A program made the translations under genes and the position numbers. Under the pieces are notes generated by a model. It was given only the letters and a program-made list of their open reading frames with translations, did no database searches and was not told the DNA's origin. A DNA stretch of 64,000 nucleotides from Caecitellus pseudoparvulus (lineage: Eukaryota; Protista; Bigyra: Bicosoecida), in contig CBFFRQ010000044.1 in assembly GCA_965644315.1 (NCBI GenBank), forward strand, positions 1 to 64,000. The letters run 5' to 3'. This document shows positions 54,393 to 64,000 of the stretch, piece by piece; within the stretch, counting starts at the first letter, position 1, and each line of letters opens with the position of its first letter.

Positions 54393-56084
54393 TCACTCAG
54401 CCTTGGCCTTGGCTGAGGCGGGTGCACTGCTGGACACCGTGCCAGTGACGGCGCGAGAGGGCGTCAGGCGCACCCACACAGCCGAGTTCACCTTGAAGCC
54501 GGAGCCAAAGGCGATTTGCAGCACGCGCTCACCCTGCTTCACGTGGCGAGTGGACTTGTGCTTGCACGCATCCCCCGCAAACCGAGCCTCCTCCGCCTCC
54601 ACATACGCCATCTCGTACCAGACAGAGGAGGAGGAGGTGTTGCCGTAGTGCCACAGGGTGTTCCGGCTTGGGGCCAGGTGTTCCGGGGACAGCCCCAAGT
54701 TGGCCTCCACGCCATCAATGACAGCGCGCCCGCCAGCGTGAATGCAAAAGTGATGGATGCCCAGCTTGAAGTCAGGCACGTAGGGCGCCACGGTGGACAC
54801 GTCAGGCAGCAGAGCAGCCGCCCAGGCAGGCCCGTGCTTGCCGTGGGCCCACTTGAGCAGGGCGCGCCAGAGGGAAACGGAGACGACCTTGATCTGCTCC
54901 CGCAGGGGCAGGACGTGGGGGCCCAGCAGGGTCAGGTTGTCCTTCAGGCCCCGCCCCGCCACCTTCGTGATCTCCTTGCTCAGGCGCACGCCCCGCAGGC
55001 CCTCGTCGTCCTGGCACTGGTACACCGCGTTGAAGGCGTCCTCCTCCGCATTCTGCGTGCGCACGGTGTGCAGCAGCTTGTACTTGGCACGCCAGGCGTC
55101 CATGGGCTTGTTGGTCAGCAGCACGGCCGCGCCGCCGACCCGGAACAGGGTGTTCTGCACCAGCATGTTGCGGTGGTTGCCAGTGTACATGTTGGGCGTG
55201 ATGATTTCCGTGCTGATGACGACGGCGGTGGAGTTGGGGCGTGACTCTAGCAGGCTCTTGGCCAGGTCCACGGAGATGAGGCCGGCGCTGCAGCCCATGC
55301 CGCCGATGTTGAAGGAGCGCACGTCTCGGCGCAGGTTGTACTTTTGCTCCACCATGGCGGCGAGGGAGGGCGTGGGGCAGAAGAGGGAGCAGTTCACGAC
55401 GAGGAAGTCGATGGCCTTGGGGTTCAGGCCCGTCTTGGCGATGAGGTCGTCCATGACGCCGAAAATGACGCACTCCGCCTCCCCTCGGGCGGCTTGCATG
55501 GACACGTCCAGCTTGGCGGTGGGGTCCCGCAGGAGGCCGGAGGTGCCGGGGGGCCAGTGCGTCGCCTCGCCAGTCCCACTGCGCTTCAGGATGCGCTCCA
55601 TGAAGGACAGGCTCTCGTCCGTGTAGCAGCCGTACTTGCGCATGAGGTCCACGCAGTCCTGCTGCGACACCTTCCACTCGGCGGGGGGCTGGTACACGGC
55701 GAAGTCCATGAGGTACACCGCAGGGCGCGTGGCGTTCAGCAGCAGCAGCAACGCCACGCCCGCGATGGTGTACAGGTACCAGTGCTGTGCCAGGTGCGCA
55801 GGTGCGGCAGAGGCGGTGGCCAGGACATCTGCGCCAGTCACGCCTTGCGCCTGCAGAGTCCAGGAGCTCTGCAGGACCAGCAGCGCCAGGATGCCGGCGA
55901 TGATGTAGGGGAAGTAAGACCCTGCCACATGCAGCCAGTTGATGATGTTCAGGCGGTACGACTCGCTGCCTTGGGCGATGTAGATGTTGTGGTCGCCTGC
56001 ACCAGTGCCGGATCGTGCGCGGCACGTGGTAGCGCAAGGCGCTGCTTGCTCGCCCGCGGCAGCGGCAGACGCAGCGGCTGTCAT
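54393..56084 (-). CDS. KCS: 3-ketoacyl-CoA synthase (FAE1/KCS-type elongase condensing enzyme)
   Basis: VNCSLFCPTPSL, GGMGCSAG, HFCIHAGGRAVI, YGNTSSSS, QIAFGSGFKVNSAVW. Confidence 0.92.
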   Translation of the reverse strand: MTAAASAAAAGEQAAPCATTCRARSGTGAGDHNIYIAQGSESYRLNIINWLHVAGSYFPYIIAGILALLVLQSSWTLQAQGVTGADVLATASAAPAHLAQHWYLYTIAGVALLLLLNATRPAVYLMDFAVYQPPAEWKVSQQDCVDLMRKYGCYTDESLSFMERILKRSGTGEATHWPPGTSGLLRDPTAKLDVSMQAARGEAECVIFGVMDDLIAKTGLNPKAIDFLVVNCSLFCPTPSLAAMVEQKYNLRRDVRSFNIGGMGCSAGLISVDLAKSLLESRPNSTAVVISTEIITPNMYTGNHRNMLVQNTLFRVGGAAVLLTNKPMDAWRAKYKLLHTVRTQNAEEDAFNAVYQCQDDEGLRGVRLSKEITKVAGRGLKDNLTLLGPHVLPLREQIKVVSVSLWRALLKWAHGKHGPAWAAALLPDVSTVAPYVPDFKLGIHHFCIHAGGRAVIDGVEANLGLSPEHLAPSRNTLWHYGNTSSSSVWYEMAYVEAEEARFAGDACKHKSTRHVKQGERVLQIAFGSGFKVNSAVWVRLTPSRAVTGTVSSSAPASAKAKAE

Positions 56085-56497
56085 AGCGGGGTGTTTTTGG
56101 CGTGAATGGGCTCTTGCAGAGCTTTGCCTCCCGGGACTGCCTGCAAGGCAAGAAGGGAAGCGCTTGGCGTGAGGCAGTGTGCAGTGGCAATGTGCGCTCG
56201 CGCAGCGTTGCGCATGTTCCGAGACGCACCCGGGGCAATGGGAGTGGCAAGGCCAGGACACCTCCTACGCACACACTCCGAAGAGATGCATGTCGAGGTG
56301 GGTGAGGTTGAAAGTGGCGCAAGCGTTCGAATGTGGCGCCTCGGGAAAGGCGGGTTGCCCTCGAATTCCGCACTGCTCCCAAACGCGGTAACCACACACT
56401 GCCGCCCTGGAACGGCGCGACCCGCCCCCGCCCCGCAGCGCTCTGCAGGCAGCACTCACACTTGCATTCGCCCAGCACGCACTCTGCAGCCCCCGCC

Positions 56498-57736
56498 TCA
56501 CTGCACCATGCCTTCAGCCCCGGCAACGCTGTACAGCACACCTGTTTCGCTCACACCGGAAGCGACACAAGGCGACTGCACGTCTGCACTCCACACGTCG
56601 AAGCCCACCCAGCGCGCACCACCCCTGAACCCACTCTGCCGCCCTGCTTTGATCCTCGCGGGTGTGTTGTCCACAGTCGACGCAGCAGCAGCGGCCGGCG
56701 CCGGTCCAGTGTACCCACCCACATTGGCCTCTCGCCCAGTGCCGCCGCCCCCCCTGCGCTGGCGCTTGGCGGGCTGGGTGGCTTGGGCGTCTGCCTCCTG
56801 CCCCGGCAAGTGCCCCGCAAGGACGTCGTTGTCCGTGCCTGCCACCCACACCTGGCTCCCACTCGCACTGGCCCCCATCCGCTCAGCAGTGTACTTGCAG
56901 GGAGCACGCCACACTGCCTGCGGGCGCCATACACGCGGATCCCACCGCTCCACGATGCCCTTGCCTGTCAGCGTCAGCAGCGAGCCAGCTGCCCCCCCCT
57001 CCGGCACCCACAGCATGTGCACGAGGGAGCCAGCGGACGGCTTCAGCGAGGAGCAGGGTCCGCTGCCGGATGCACCTGATGTGCCGCTGATGCGGCTGTC
57101 GTACACGAGGGCCTCGTCCGCCGTGCCCAGCACCATCATGGGCGCATCAGCCAGGGCCCCCGCAGCCATGGCAGCCACACAGGTTGGGGCAGCTGGCGTG
57201 CCGACTGCCACGAGGGGGTTCAGACCCCCCCCCTCGCCGACGGACCACAGGCCTCCAGTTTGGGAGGCACTGTGGGCACCAGCCACCACAGCTGGACCAG
57301 TGGCGCCGACAGATGCTGACACGTGTCCCCGGCCAGCTGCTGCGTTTCCGCTGGGTGACCCCAGCGTCGCCCAGCCCACTTCAGCGAGGTCACCCGTCTC
57401 GCCCACACCACCCAGCCACACCAAGCCGCCTGTGTCGGCGAGTGCGACGCTGTGAGCTGCGCCACCATGTGTCGCGACCTGGACATCACATAGGAACACG
57501 CTGGTCGGCAACTCCAGCACGCGTGTGGACGAGGCGGCCGGGGATGCGTGGGGTGTGCGCAAGCTGTCAGACTCCGCACTGCCGCTGAATGGCTGCCACT
57601 GCACCTGGTGCACGCTGTTGCCCTGCACCACAACGGCGGAAACTGGCGACAACATGCCCAGCTGTGAGATGCCGTGGCCCATTCCCGGCAGCACCTCCCC
57701 CACTTCGCAGGTTGTGAGGAACAGCGGCGCCGCCAT
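56498..57736 (-). CDS. WD40-like repeat protein
   Basis: Beta-propeller-like segments (ALVYDSR, VERWDPR); family not resolved. Confidence 0.55.
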   Translation of the reverse strand: MAAPLFLTTCEVGEVLPGMGHGISQLGMLSPVSAVVVQGNSVHQVQWQPFSGSAESDSLRTPHASPAASSTRVLELPTSVFLCDVQVATHGGAAHSVALADTGGLVWLGGVGETGDLAEVGWATLGSPSGNAAAGRGHVSASVGATGPAVVAGAHSASQTGGLWSVGEGGGLNPLVAVGTPAAPTCVAAMAAGALADAPMMVLGTADEALVYDSRISGTSGASGSGPCSSLKPSAGSLVHMLWVPEGGAAGSLLTLTGKGIVERWDPRVWRPQAVWRAPCKYTAERMGASASGSQVWVAGTDNDVLAGHLPGQEADAQATQPAKRQRRGGGGTGREANVGGYTGPAPAAAAASTVDNTPARIKAGRQSGFRGGARWVGFDVWSADVQSPCVASGVSETGVLYSVAGAEGMVQ

Positions 57737-58180
57737 GTTGGAACTGATTTCCGCACCTCTGGCCGTCAAGCTGCACGGGGCACACAGCTCAGAGCGCACT
57801 GCCGTGCAAGCGAAATACGAAAGTGTGCATGTAGGAGCAACTGGCTCAGGTGCGGGGGAGTTCAGTAAATCTGTTTTGGTCCGGAATGGGGCGAAGTGTA
57901 AACAAGGAAATGATCTGCGCAGTGAGCTTCCAACAGGGCCCACACGCCCACGCACTTGCCAAGCCACCCTTTCTCTCAAAACCGAACACCCTCCACTCGT
58001 ATGGAGAGTTTCACACTTCGTCATGGTCTGCTGATCGCGAAGGCTCACGCCAGAGAGGCTTGTCACCTCACAGCGCCAGGAGAGCGAATTACCGCGACGC
58101 TTGGCCCGCCTGCTCCACGCCGCTCGTGAGCAAGGACAGCGGTATCAACTCTACCCAGCTCAGGACCAAGTAGTGAAAAC

Positions 58181-61100
58181 ATGGATTCCGCGGCGTTTCC
58201 TCGCTTCCGTTTCGCCATCGATCGTGGCGGCACCTTCTGTGACTGCCTTGCGGAAATTGTGGCAGCCGACGGCACGGTGCAGCGACAGGTGGTGAAGCTC
58301 CTGTCAGAAGACCCAGAGTGCGTGCAGCAGGGTGGAAATGGAGGAGACATGACTGTATCCCCTGCTCTCCTCACCCCGCCTTTGCCCGCAGCCAGTACGC
58401 TGACGCCCCCACGGAAGCCATTCGCCGGGTACTCGTGCAGCATGTGCCGGGCTTGCACTGTCCACGGGGCACGCCCGTCCCCACTGCCCACATCGACAAC
58501 ATCCGCATGGGCACGACAGTGGCGACAAATGCCTTGTTGGAGCGGGAGGGTGCGAAAACCGCCCTCTTCATCACCAAGGGATTTCGCGACCTCCTGCACA
58601 TCGGCAACCAGTCCCGCCCCTCAATCTTCGACCTCACGGCTGCAGCGCCAGAGGTGCTGTACAGTACCGTCGTCGAAGTGGACGAACGCATCGTCGTGAC
58701 AGAGGTGCCTGCTGGCCCCGGTGCGCCGCAGGGTGCGCCCACTTCCCCGCAAGCCCCTGCGCCAGCTGCAACCCTCGAATCCCCTGCTGATGCCGCCTTG
58801 CATCGCTTGCAGCAGGTGGAGGCGCAGTCTAGAGTGGACCTGTCCCAAAGCTTTGAATCCTGCCCTGCCATGGTGTCTGTTGCCGCCGCTGTCATGCTGG
58901 CCCGTGGACTGCCAGCCTCCACAGACGGCTTCCTTGCGTTGCTGACGGAGTCGCACGGCGGTTCACTGGCTGATGCGCTGCAGGCGACACACGACGCGCT
59001 GCAGGCCCCTAGCAGTGTGGATGACGTGGCATCTGTGCTGAATCTCGTGTCTGCAGAAGACTTGGCCGCGCTGCACCGCCAAGTTGCGCAGGAAGCTCCA
59101 GCCACCAGCATGGCGCACTTGGCGCTGCCGGCGTTTCTGTGGACCTGTGCCGCAGCAGGCAGGGACGTCGAAATACCCCCCAGTTGGACTCAGCGACAGG
59201 AACCAAGCACTGATGTACCTGCAGAGCCAGTGGCCAACTCACCGCCCCATCCACAGAGCACGCAGCGCCCACTGCCCGTTGTGACAGGCGTGAACGGGCA
59301 GCATTTCACTGTGCGCAAGGCTTTGGACACCCAGCCCCTGCAGGAGCGCATGGCGCAACTTGTGGCCGAAGGGTACACATCAGCCGCCATTGTCTTGCTG
59401 CACGCATACGCGTGGGACGAGCACGAGAAGGCGCTGGCAGCTGCAGCACGAGCCGCAGGGTTCGCGCAAGTGTCCACTTCTGCTGACGTCATGCGCATGG
59501 TGAAGGTGGTGCCACGTGGCTTCACCACGTGTGCCGATGCGTACTTGACCCCTCACATCACAAAGTACGTCGCTGGGTTTCAAGCCGGCTTCGATGACGG
59601 CATGCGCAGCGGCAAGGTGCAGGTGCAGTTCATGCAGTCAGATGGTGGACTGACGCCCGTGTCCGCATTTTCCGGGCACCGCGCCATCCTGTCTGGCCCA
59701 GCCGGTGGTGTTGTGGGGTACGCTGTGACCACCCGCCGCATCCTGCGTGACATGGCAGCGTGTGGTGTGCAGTTACCGCCAGGCCTGGACTCGGCAACAG
59801 CCCCTGCCGTGGTTGGGTATGACATGGGTGGCACCTCCACCGATGTGTCGCGTTTTGCGGGGCAGTACGAACACGTCTTTGAGTGCGTGACGGCGGGAGT
59901 CACCATCCAGGCACCTCAACTGGACATCTCCACTGTCGCTGCTGGCGGGGGCAGTCGTCTGTTCTTCCGAGAGGGCATGTTCGTGGTGGGGCCCGAGTCT
60001 GCCCGAGCACACCCCGGACCCGTGTGCTACCGCAAGGGCGGGCACTTGGCCATCACGGACGCCAATGTGCACCTGGGCCGGGTGGTGCCTGAGCACTTCC
60101 CTGCTATTTTCGGGCCTGGCGAGGACGAGCCGTTGGACGCAGAGGGCACAGCGGCAGCGTTTGAAGCTCTGCGGGAAGAGATGGCTGCGTGGACTGCGCA
60201 GCATGGGGGGGAGGTGGGCACTCTGGATGACATTGCGTACGGCTTCGTGCAGGTGGCCAACGAAGCCATGTGCCGGCCCATCCGGGAGTTGACGCAGATG
60301 AAAGGGCACGACTTGTCATCGCACATCCTGGCCTGCTTCGGCGGCGCAGGCGGACAGCACGCGTGTGCCATGGCGCGCAGCCTGGGCATGCGATGTGTCG
60401 TCGTGCACAGGTACTCTGGCATCCTCTCTGCACTGGGCCTGGCCCTGGCAGATGTCGTGGAGGAGGCACAGGAACCACTCGGGCAGTGCTTGGGCCGGCA
60501 GACGCCTGTGTCGGAGGAGGGCATCGTCACAGACACCGACGTCCTGACATCAGTGGGCCAGCACTTGCTGAAGCTCACCCGCTCGGCAGGAGACGCCCTC
60601 GCCAAGCAGAGCTTCGACACTGCCGCCATGCACGTGCAGGCGTTTGTGAACCTGCGTTTCGTGGGCACTGACACGGCGCTCATGGTGCCCGTGCCAGTGC
60701 AGGGTGGCTCAGCGGCGGCAGAGGGGGCGCCTGCTGGCAGCGCGCCCATGGCCAGCGTGCTGGGCCCTGGCTTCCCAGGACTGGTGCAAGTCATCACAGA
60801 CTTCATCCACATGTTCAAGCACGAGTACGGCTTCACGTTCCCGGGGCGCGCAGTGGTGTGTGAGGATGTGCGGGTGCGCGTGACGGGACTGTCCCAGTCC
60901 GCGGCAGTGACAGACGCCCTGTCTGACCCAGGGACGCCACCCCCCCTGCCTGCCCCCATCAAGACGCACTCTGTGTTCTTCGAAGGCGGCCGAGTGCCCA
61001 CACCCTTCTACAGGCTGCAGGACTTGGCACGAGGACAGGCTGTGCCCGGTCCAGCTGTCATTATTGACGCCACTAGCACCCTGGTGGTGGAGCCAGCCAC

Positions 61101-63003
61101 TGTGGCTCACATCGGGACGGGGGGTGACATTCTGCTGCTCCTGCAGGATGTGGACGTGGCAGGCGCTAAGGAGGGTGCCGTGGACACCACTGTGGACGTG
61201 CCGTGTGACCCCATCCAGCTGGGCCTGTTCAGTCACCGCTTCATGAGCATCGCAGAGCAAATGGGGCGCACTCTGCAGCGCACGTCCATCAGCGTGAACA
61301 TCAAGGAACGCCTGGACTTTAGCTGTGCGCTGCTGACGCCTCAGGGCGACCTGTGCGCACATGCACCGCACATCCCCGTGCACCTGGGCGCCATGTCGGC
61401 AGCCGTTAAGTTCCAACTGCAGCACTGGACACAGGCTGGCGCAGAAGGGCTGCAGCCGGGAGATGTCCTGGTGAGCAACCACCCGCAGCTGGCAGGTGGC
61501 TCGCACCTGCCAGATATCACTGTCATCACGCCCGTCTTCCTGCATGACGACGTGGACAGCGGAGGGAGCGACAACCCCATTGTCTTCTTCGTCGCATCTC
61601 GCGGGCATCATAGCGACATTGGGGGCATTGCCCCCGGCAGCATGCCCCCCACCTCCACCTCTCTGGATCAGGAGGGCGCTGTCATCGTCGCATGCAAGCT
61701 GGTGCGTGCTGGGCAGTTCCAAGAGGATGACATCCTGGCCCTGCTCCGGGCACCGGGCACTTCCGGTGTACCCGGCAGCGTCGGCACCCGGAACGAACCG
61801 GACGTTCTCAGTGACTTGCGGGCACAGGTAGCTGCGAACAACAGGGGTGTTGCGCTCATCCGGGACATGGTGCGCCTGGCCGGCCTGCACACCGTGCACT
61901 CGTACATGCGGCACATTCAGGCCAACGCGGAGTTCTCAGTGCGCACCATGTTGAAGGCGCACGCAGCCGCCGTGCCTGGGTCCGAGCCCACTGTGACGCT
62001 GCGCGCCAGCGATAAGATGGACGACGGCAGCGTCATCAACCTGACTGTCACCCTGCAACGCGCCACAGGTGAGGCGCATTTTGACTTCACCGGCACCAGT
62101 CCCCAGGTGCTTGGCAACACCAACGCGCCCCCAGCAGTGACGGCGTCTGCGGTCATTTACTGCCTGCGCTGCATGGTGGGGCGTGACATCCCCATGAACC
62201 AGGGCTGCCTGGCCCCTGTCACCGTCACGCTGCCGCCCGGCTGCCTCCTGAACCCCTCCCCCACCGCCGCAGTGGTGGGGGGCAACGTCCTCACTTCCCA
62301 GCGAGTCACCGACGTCGTCCTCCGCGCCTTCAGCGCTGCCGCTGCCAGCCAGGGCTGCATGAACAACCTGACCTTCGGCGACGCCACCATGGGTTACTAC
62401 GAAACCATCGCAGGCGGCGCTGGGGCTGGTCCCACCTGGGTCGGGCGCTCCGGCGTGCATACGCACATGACCAACACCCGCATCACAGATCCAGAGATCC
62501 TTGAACGGCGGTACCCCATCGTCCTCCGGGCATTCTCCTTGCGGCAGGGCTCTGGGGGCTCTGGGCGCCACCCCGGCGGGGATGGTGTCGTGCGAGCCCT
62601 GGAGTTCCGCAAGCCACTCAAGTGCAGCATTCTGTCAGAGCGGCGGTGCTTCCAGCCGTGGGGACTGAAGGGCGGAGGCAGCGGCGCAGTGGGCATGAAC
62701 CTCCTGTTCCGGGCACCGGCTCCAGGTGGGGAGAGCGCAGAGCCAACCAGTGTGCTTGGCGTGCAGGTGTGGGAGGGCGGCCAGGGCGGTCGGGTCGTGA
62801 ACGTCGGCGCCAAGAGCACATTTGACGTGGCTGCCGGGGATGTATTTGTCCTGGCCAGCCCTGGGGGGGGTGGGTATGGGTCACAACCTGACACGGGCGC
62901 CGGCGACGCTGCAGCTGCCACACTGGACAGCCCAGCGCCACCCACTGCTGTCGGCAGTGGCGGAAGTCTCGGGCTGCTCAGAGCCGAGCAAGCATCCTTC
63001 TAA
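58181..63003 (+). CDS. OPLAH: 5-oxoprolinase (ATP-hydrolysing; hydantoinase A+B fusion), one 5' intron (~58318-58391)
   Basis: [71 protein letters not shown]. Confidence 0.95.
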
Positions 63004-63077
63004 GCAAGGCAGGCACGTGGGCCTGCCAGCAGCTGGCGCCACGCTCTCTGCGCGCTCAATGCATGCACGTGCTCCTT

Positions 63078-64000
63078 CTAACTCTGCCCCGCGTGGTAGG
63101 ATTGTGCGTGTTCCTTCATCGCCTTCACGTAATCCATGCGCCGGTGCTGCACCGACTGCAGCATGTCGCCAAAGCCGCCCCGGAACTCGCCCAGGGGCAC
63201 GGTGGTGTAGTCGCCGTTCTTATCGGTGCGGAACTGGGGCGCAGTGCCGCTGGCAGCCAGCCGCCCGTAGGCCAACCCCGCCCAACGAGCCATGTGTTCA
63301 AAGCAGCGCCACATGTCCGTCGGCTTGGGCCACAGCTCAAACACGCCACCCCACGGCGGCATGGCCAGCATGTGGCTCAGCGCCGCGCCGTGCATGCCCA
63401 CCAGGACGTCGGAACGTGCGATGAGACGCACTTGCTCCTCCAAGCTCAAGTGCACCATGTCTACCAGTTGCACGTGCAGTGTGGCCTTGCGAAACCGCCC
63501 CGTCTCCAACATGGCCCCCACGAGCTCGGCTTCGTTGTCGACCTGGCGCCCCACGAAGGCGTGCGAGACGTGCTTGTTATAGGGCCGGCGGGAGATGAAG
63601 GTGACGGTGATGACGTCACCCACGGGGGCGCCCCGCTGGTTGGCAGGCACGGCCAGTGCGGAGCGGGGCAGCATGTGTCGCACCCCCATGCCTGACAGCA
63701 GGAACCTGCGGAATGCCCGCATCAAGTGCGTGGCGGCGGTGCAGTGTGCGTCCTGCGTCAGGGTGCTGAAGAAGAAGGAAGTGTAGCCTGGGGGCGAGTA
63801 CACCACGTGCGGGAACTTCACACTCTGTCCGCCTTGCACATACTCCCCTCCACGGTGCATGCCGTGTGATGGCGCGTACACTTTGCTCCACACACTGTCA
63901 AACGGCCCCTCTGCCTGCTCGTCCATAATGAGAACACCCACGTTGCCAGCCACGGCAGCCCGCATGGCCTTCAAGCCAGCGCCGTGAGTCGTCAAGGGCG
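63078..64000 (-). CDS. Glycosyltransferase family 61 (EOGT-like), 3' part; runs off the window
   Basis: SLEEQVRLIARSDVLVGMHGAALSHML..PP..VFEL. Confidence 0.8.
   Translation of the reverse strand, partial: PLTTHGAGLKAMRAAVAGNVGVLIMDEQAEGPFDSVWSKVYAPSHGMHRGGEYVQGGQSVKFPHVVYSPPGYTSFFFSTLTQDAHCTAATHLMRAFRRFLLSGMGVRHMLPRSALAVPANQRGAPVGDVITVTFISRRPYNKHVSHAFVGRQVDNEAELVGAMLETGRFRKATLHVQLVDMVHLSLEEQVRLIARSDVLVGMHGAALSHMLAMPPWGGVFELWPKPTDMWRCFEHMARWAGLAYGRLAASGTAPQFRTDKNGDYTTVPLGEFRGGFGDMLQSVQHRRMDYVKAMKEHAQSYHAGQS

Noticed and set aside
54516-57455. Long overlapping or antisense ORFs (e.g. 54802..56541, 56106..57455; likewise 30214..31362, 60709..61914)
   Set aside because: Shadow ORFs expected in high-GC coding DNA, opposite or overlapping well-supported genes, with no motifs of their own.

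Overview
This is the left end of a chromosome from a GC-rich, gene-dense, intron-containing eukaryote with TTAGGG telomeres. An ARL13-like gene suggests a flagellated protist; the taxon cannot be determined from sequence alone. Bases 1-21877 are a telomeric retrotransposon array: (CCCTAA)n tracts alternate with four co-oriented, head-to-tail non-LTR elements whose 5' ends all face the chromosome tip. Two are copies of a ~2.9 kb element 'A' that encodes only an ORF1-like protein and has no reverse transcriptase (RT). Two are 5'-truncated copies of a >=7.5 kb element 'B' that, reconstructed from both copies, is one ~2,230-codon ORF (ORF1-like region + APE endonuclease + RT + CCHC finger). A and B share a homologous ORF1 with a candidate papain-like Cys/His/Asn triad and a covarying ~200-nt structured 3' RNA domain. 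Both lack a poly(A) tail and join the telomere in the same register (..AG|CTAACCC). The pair resembles Drosophila HeT-A/TART but sits inside telomerase-type repeats. After a ~3 kb subtelomeric zone come compact genes: eIF4A, VAMP7, NKAP, uridine phosphorylase, an HtrA-like pseudo-protease, a TmcB-like PAS protein, PDIA6, a JAMM+AP2 protein, ARL13, eIF3i, KCS, a WD40 protein, 5-oxoprolinase, GT61 and several hypotheticals. All calls come from motif recognition and manual comparison; no database search was run.
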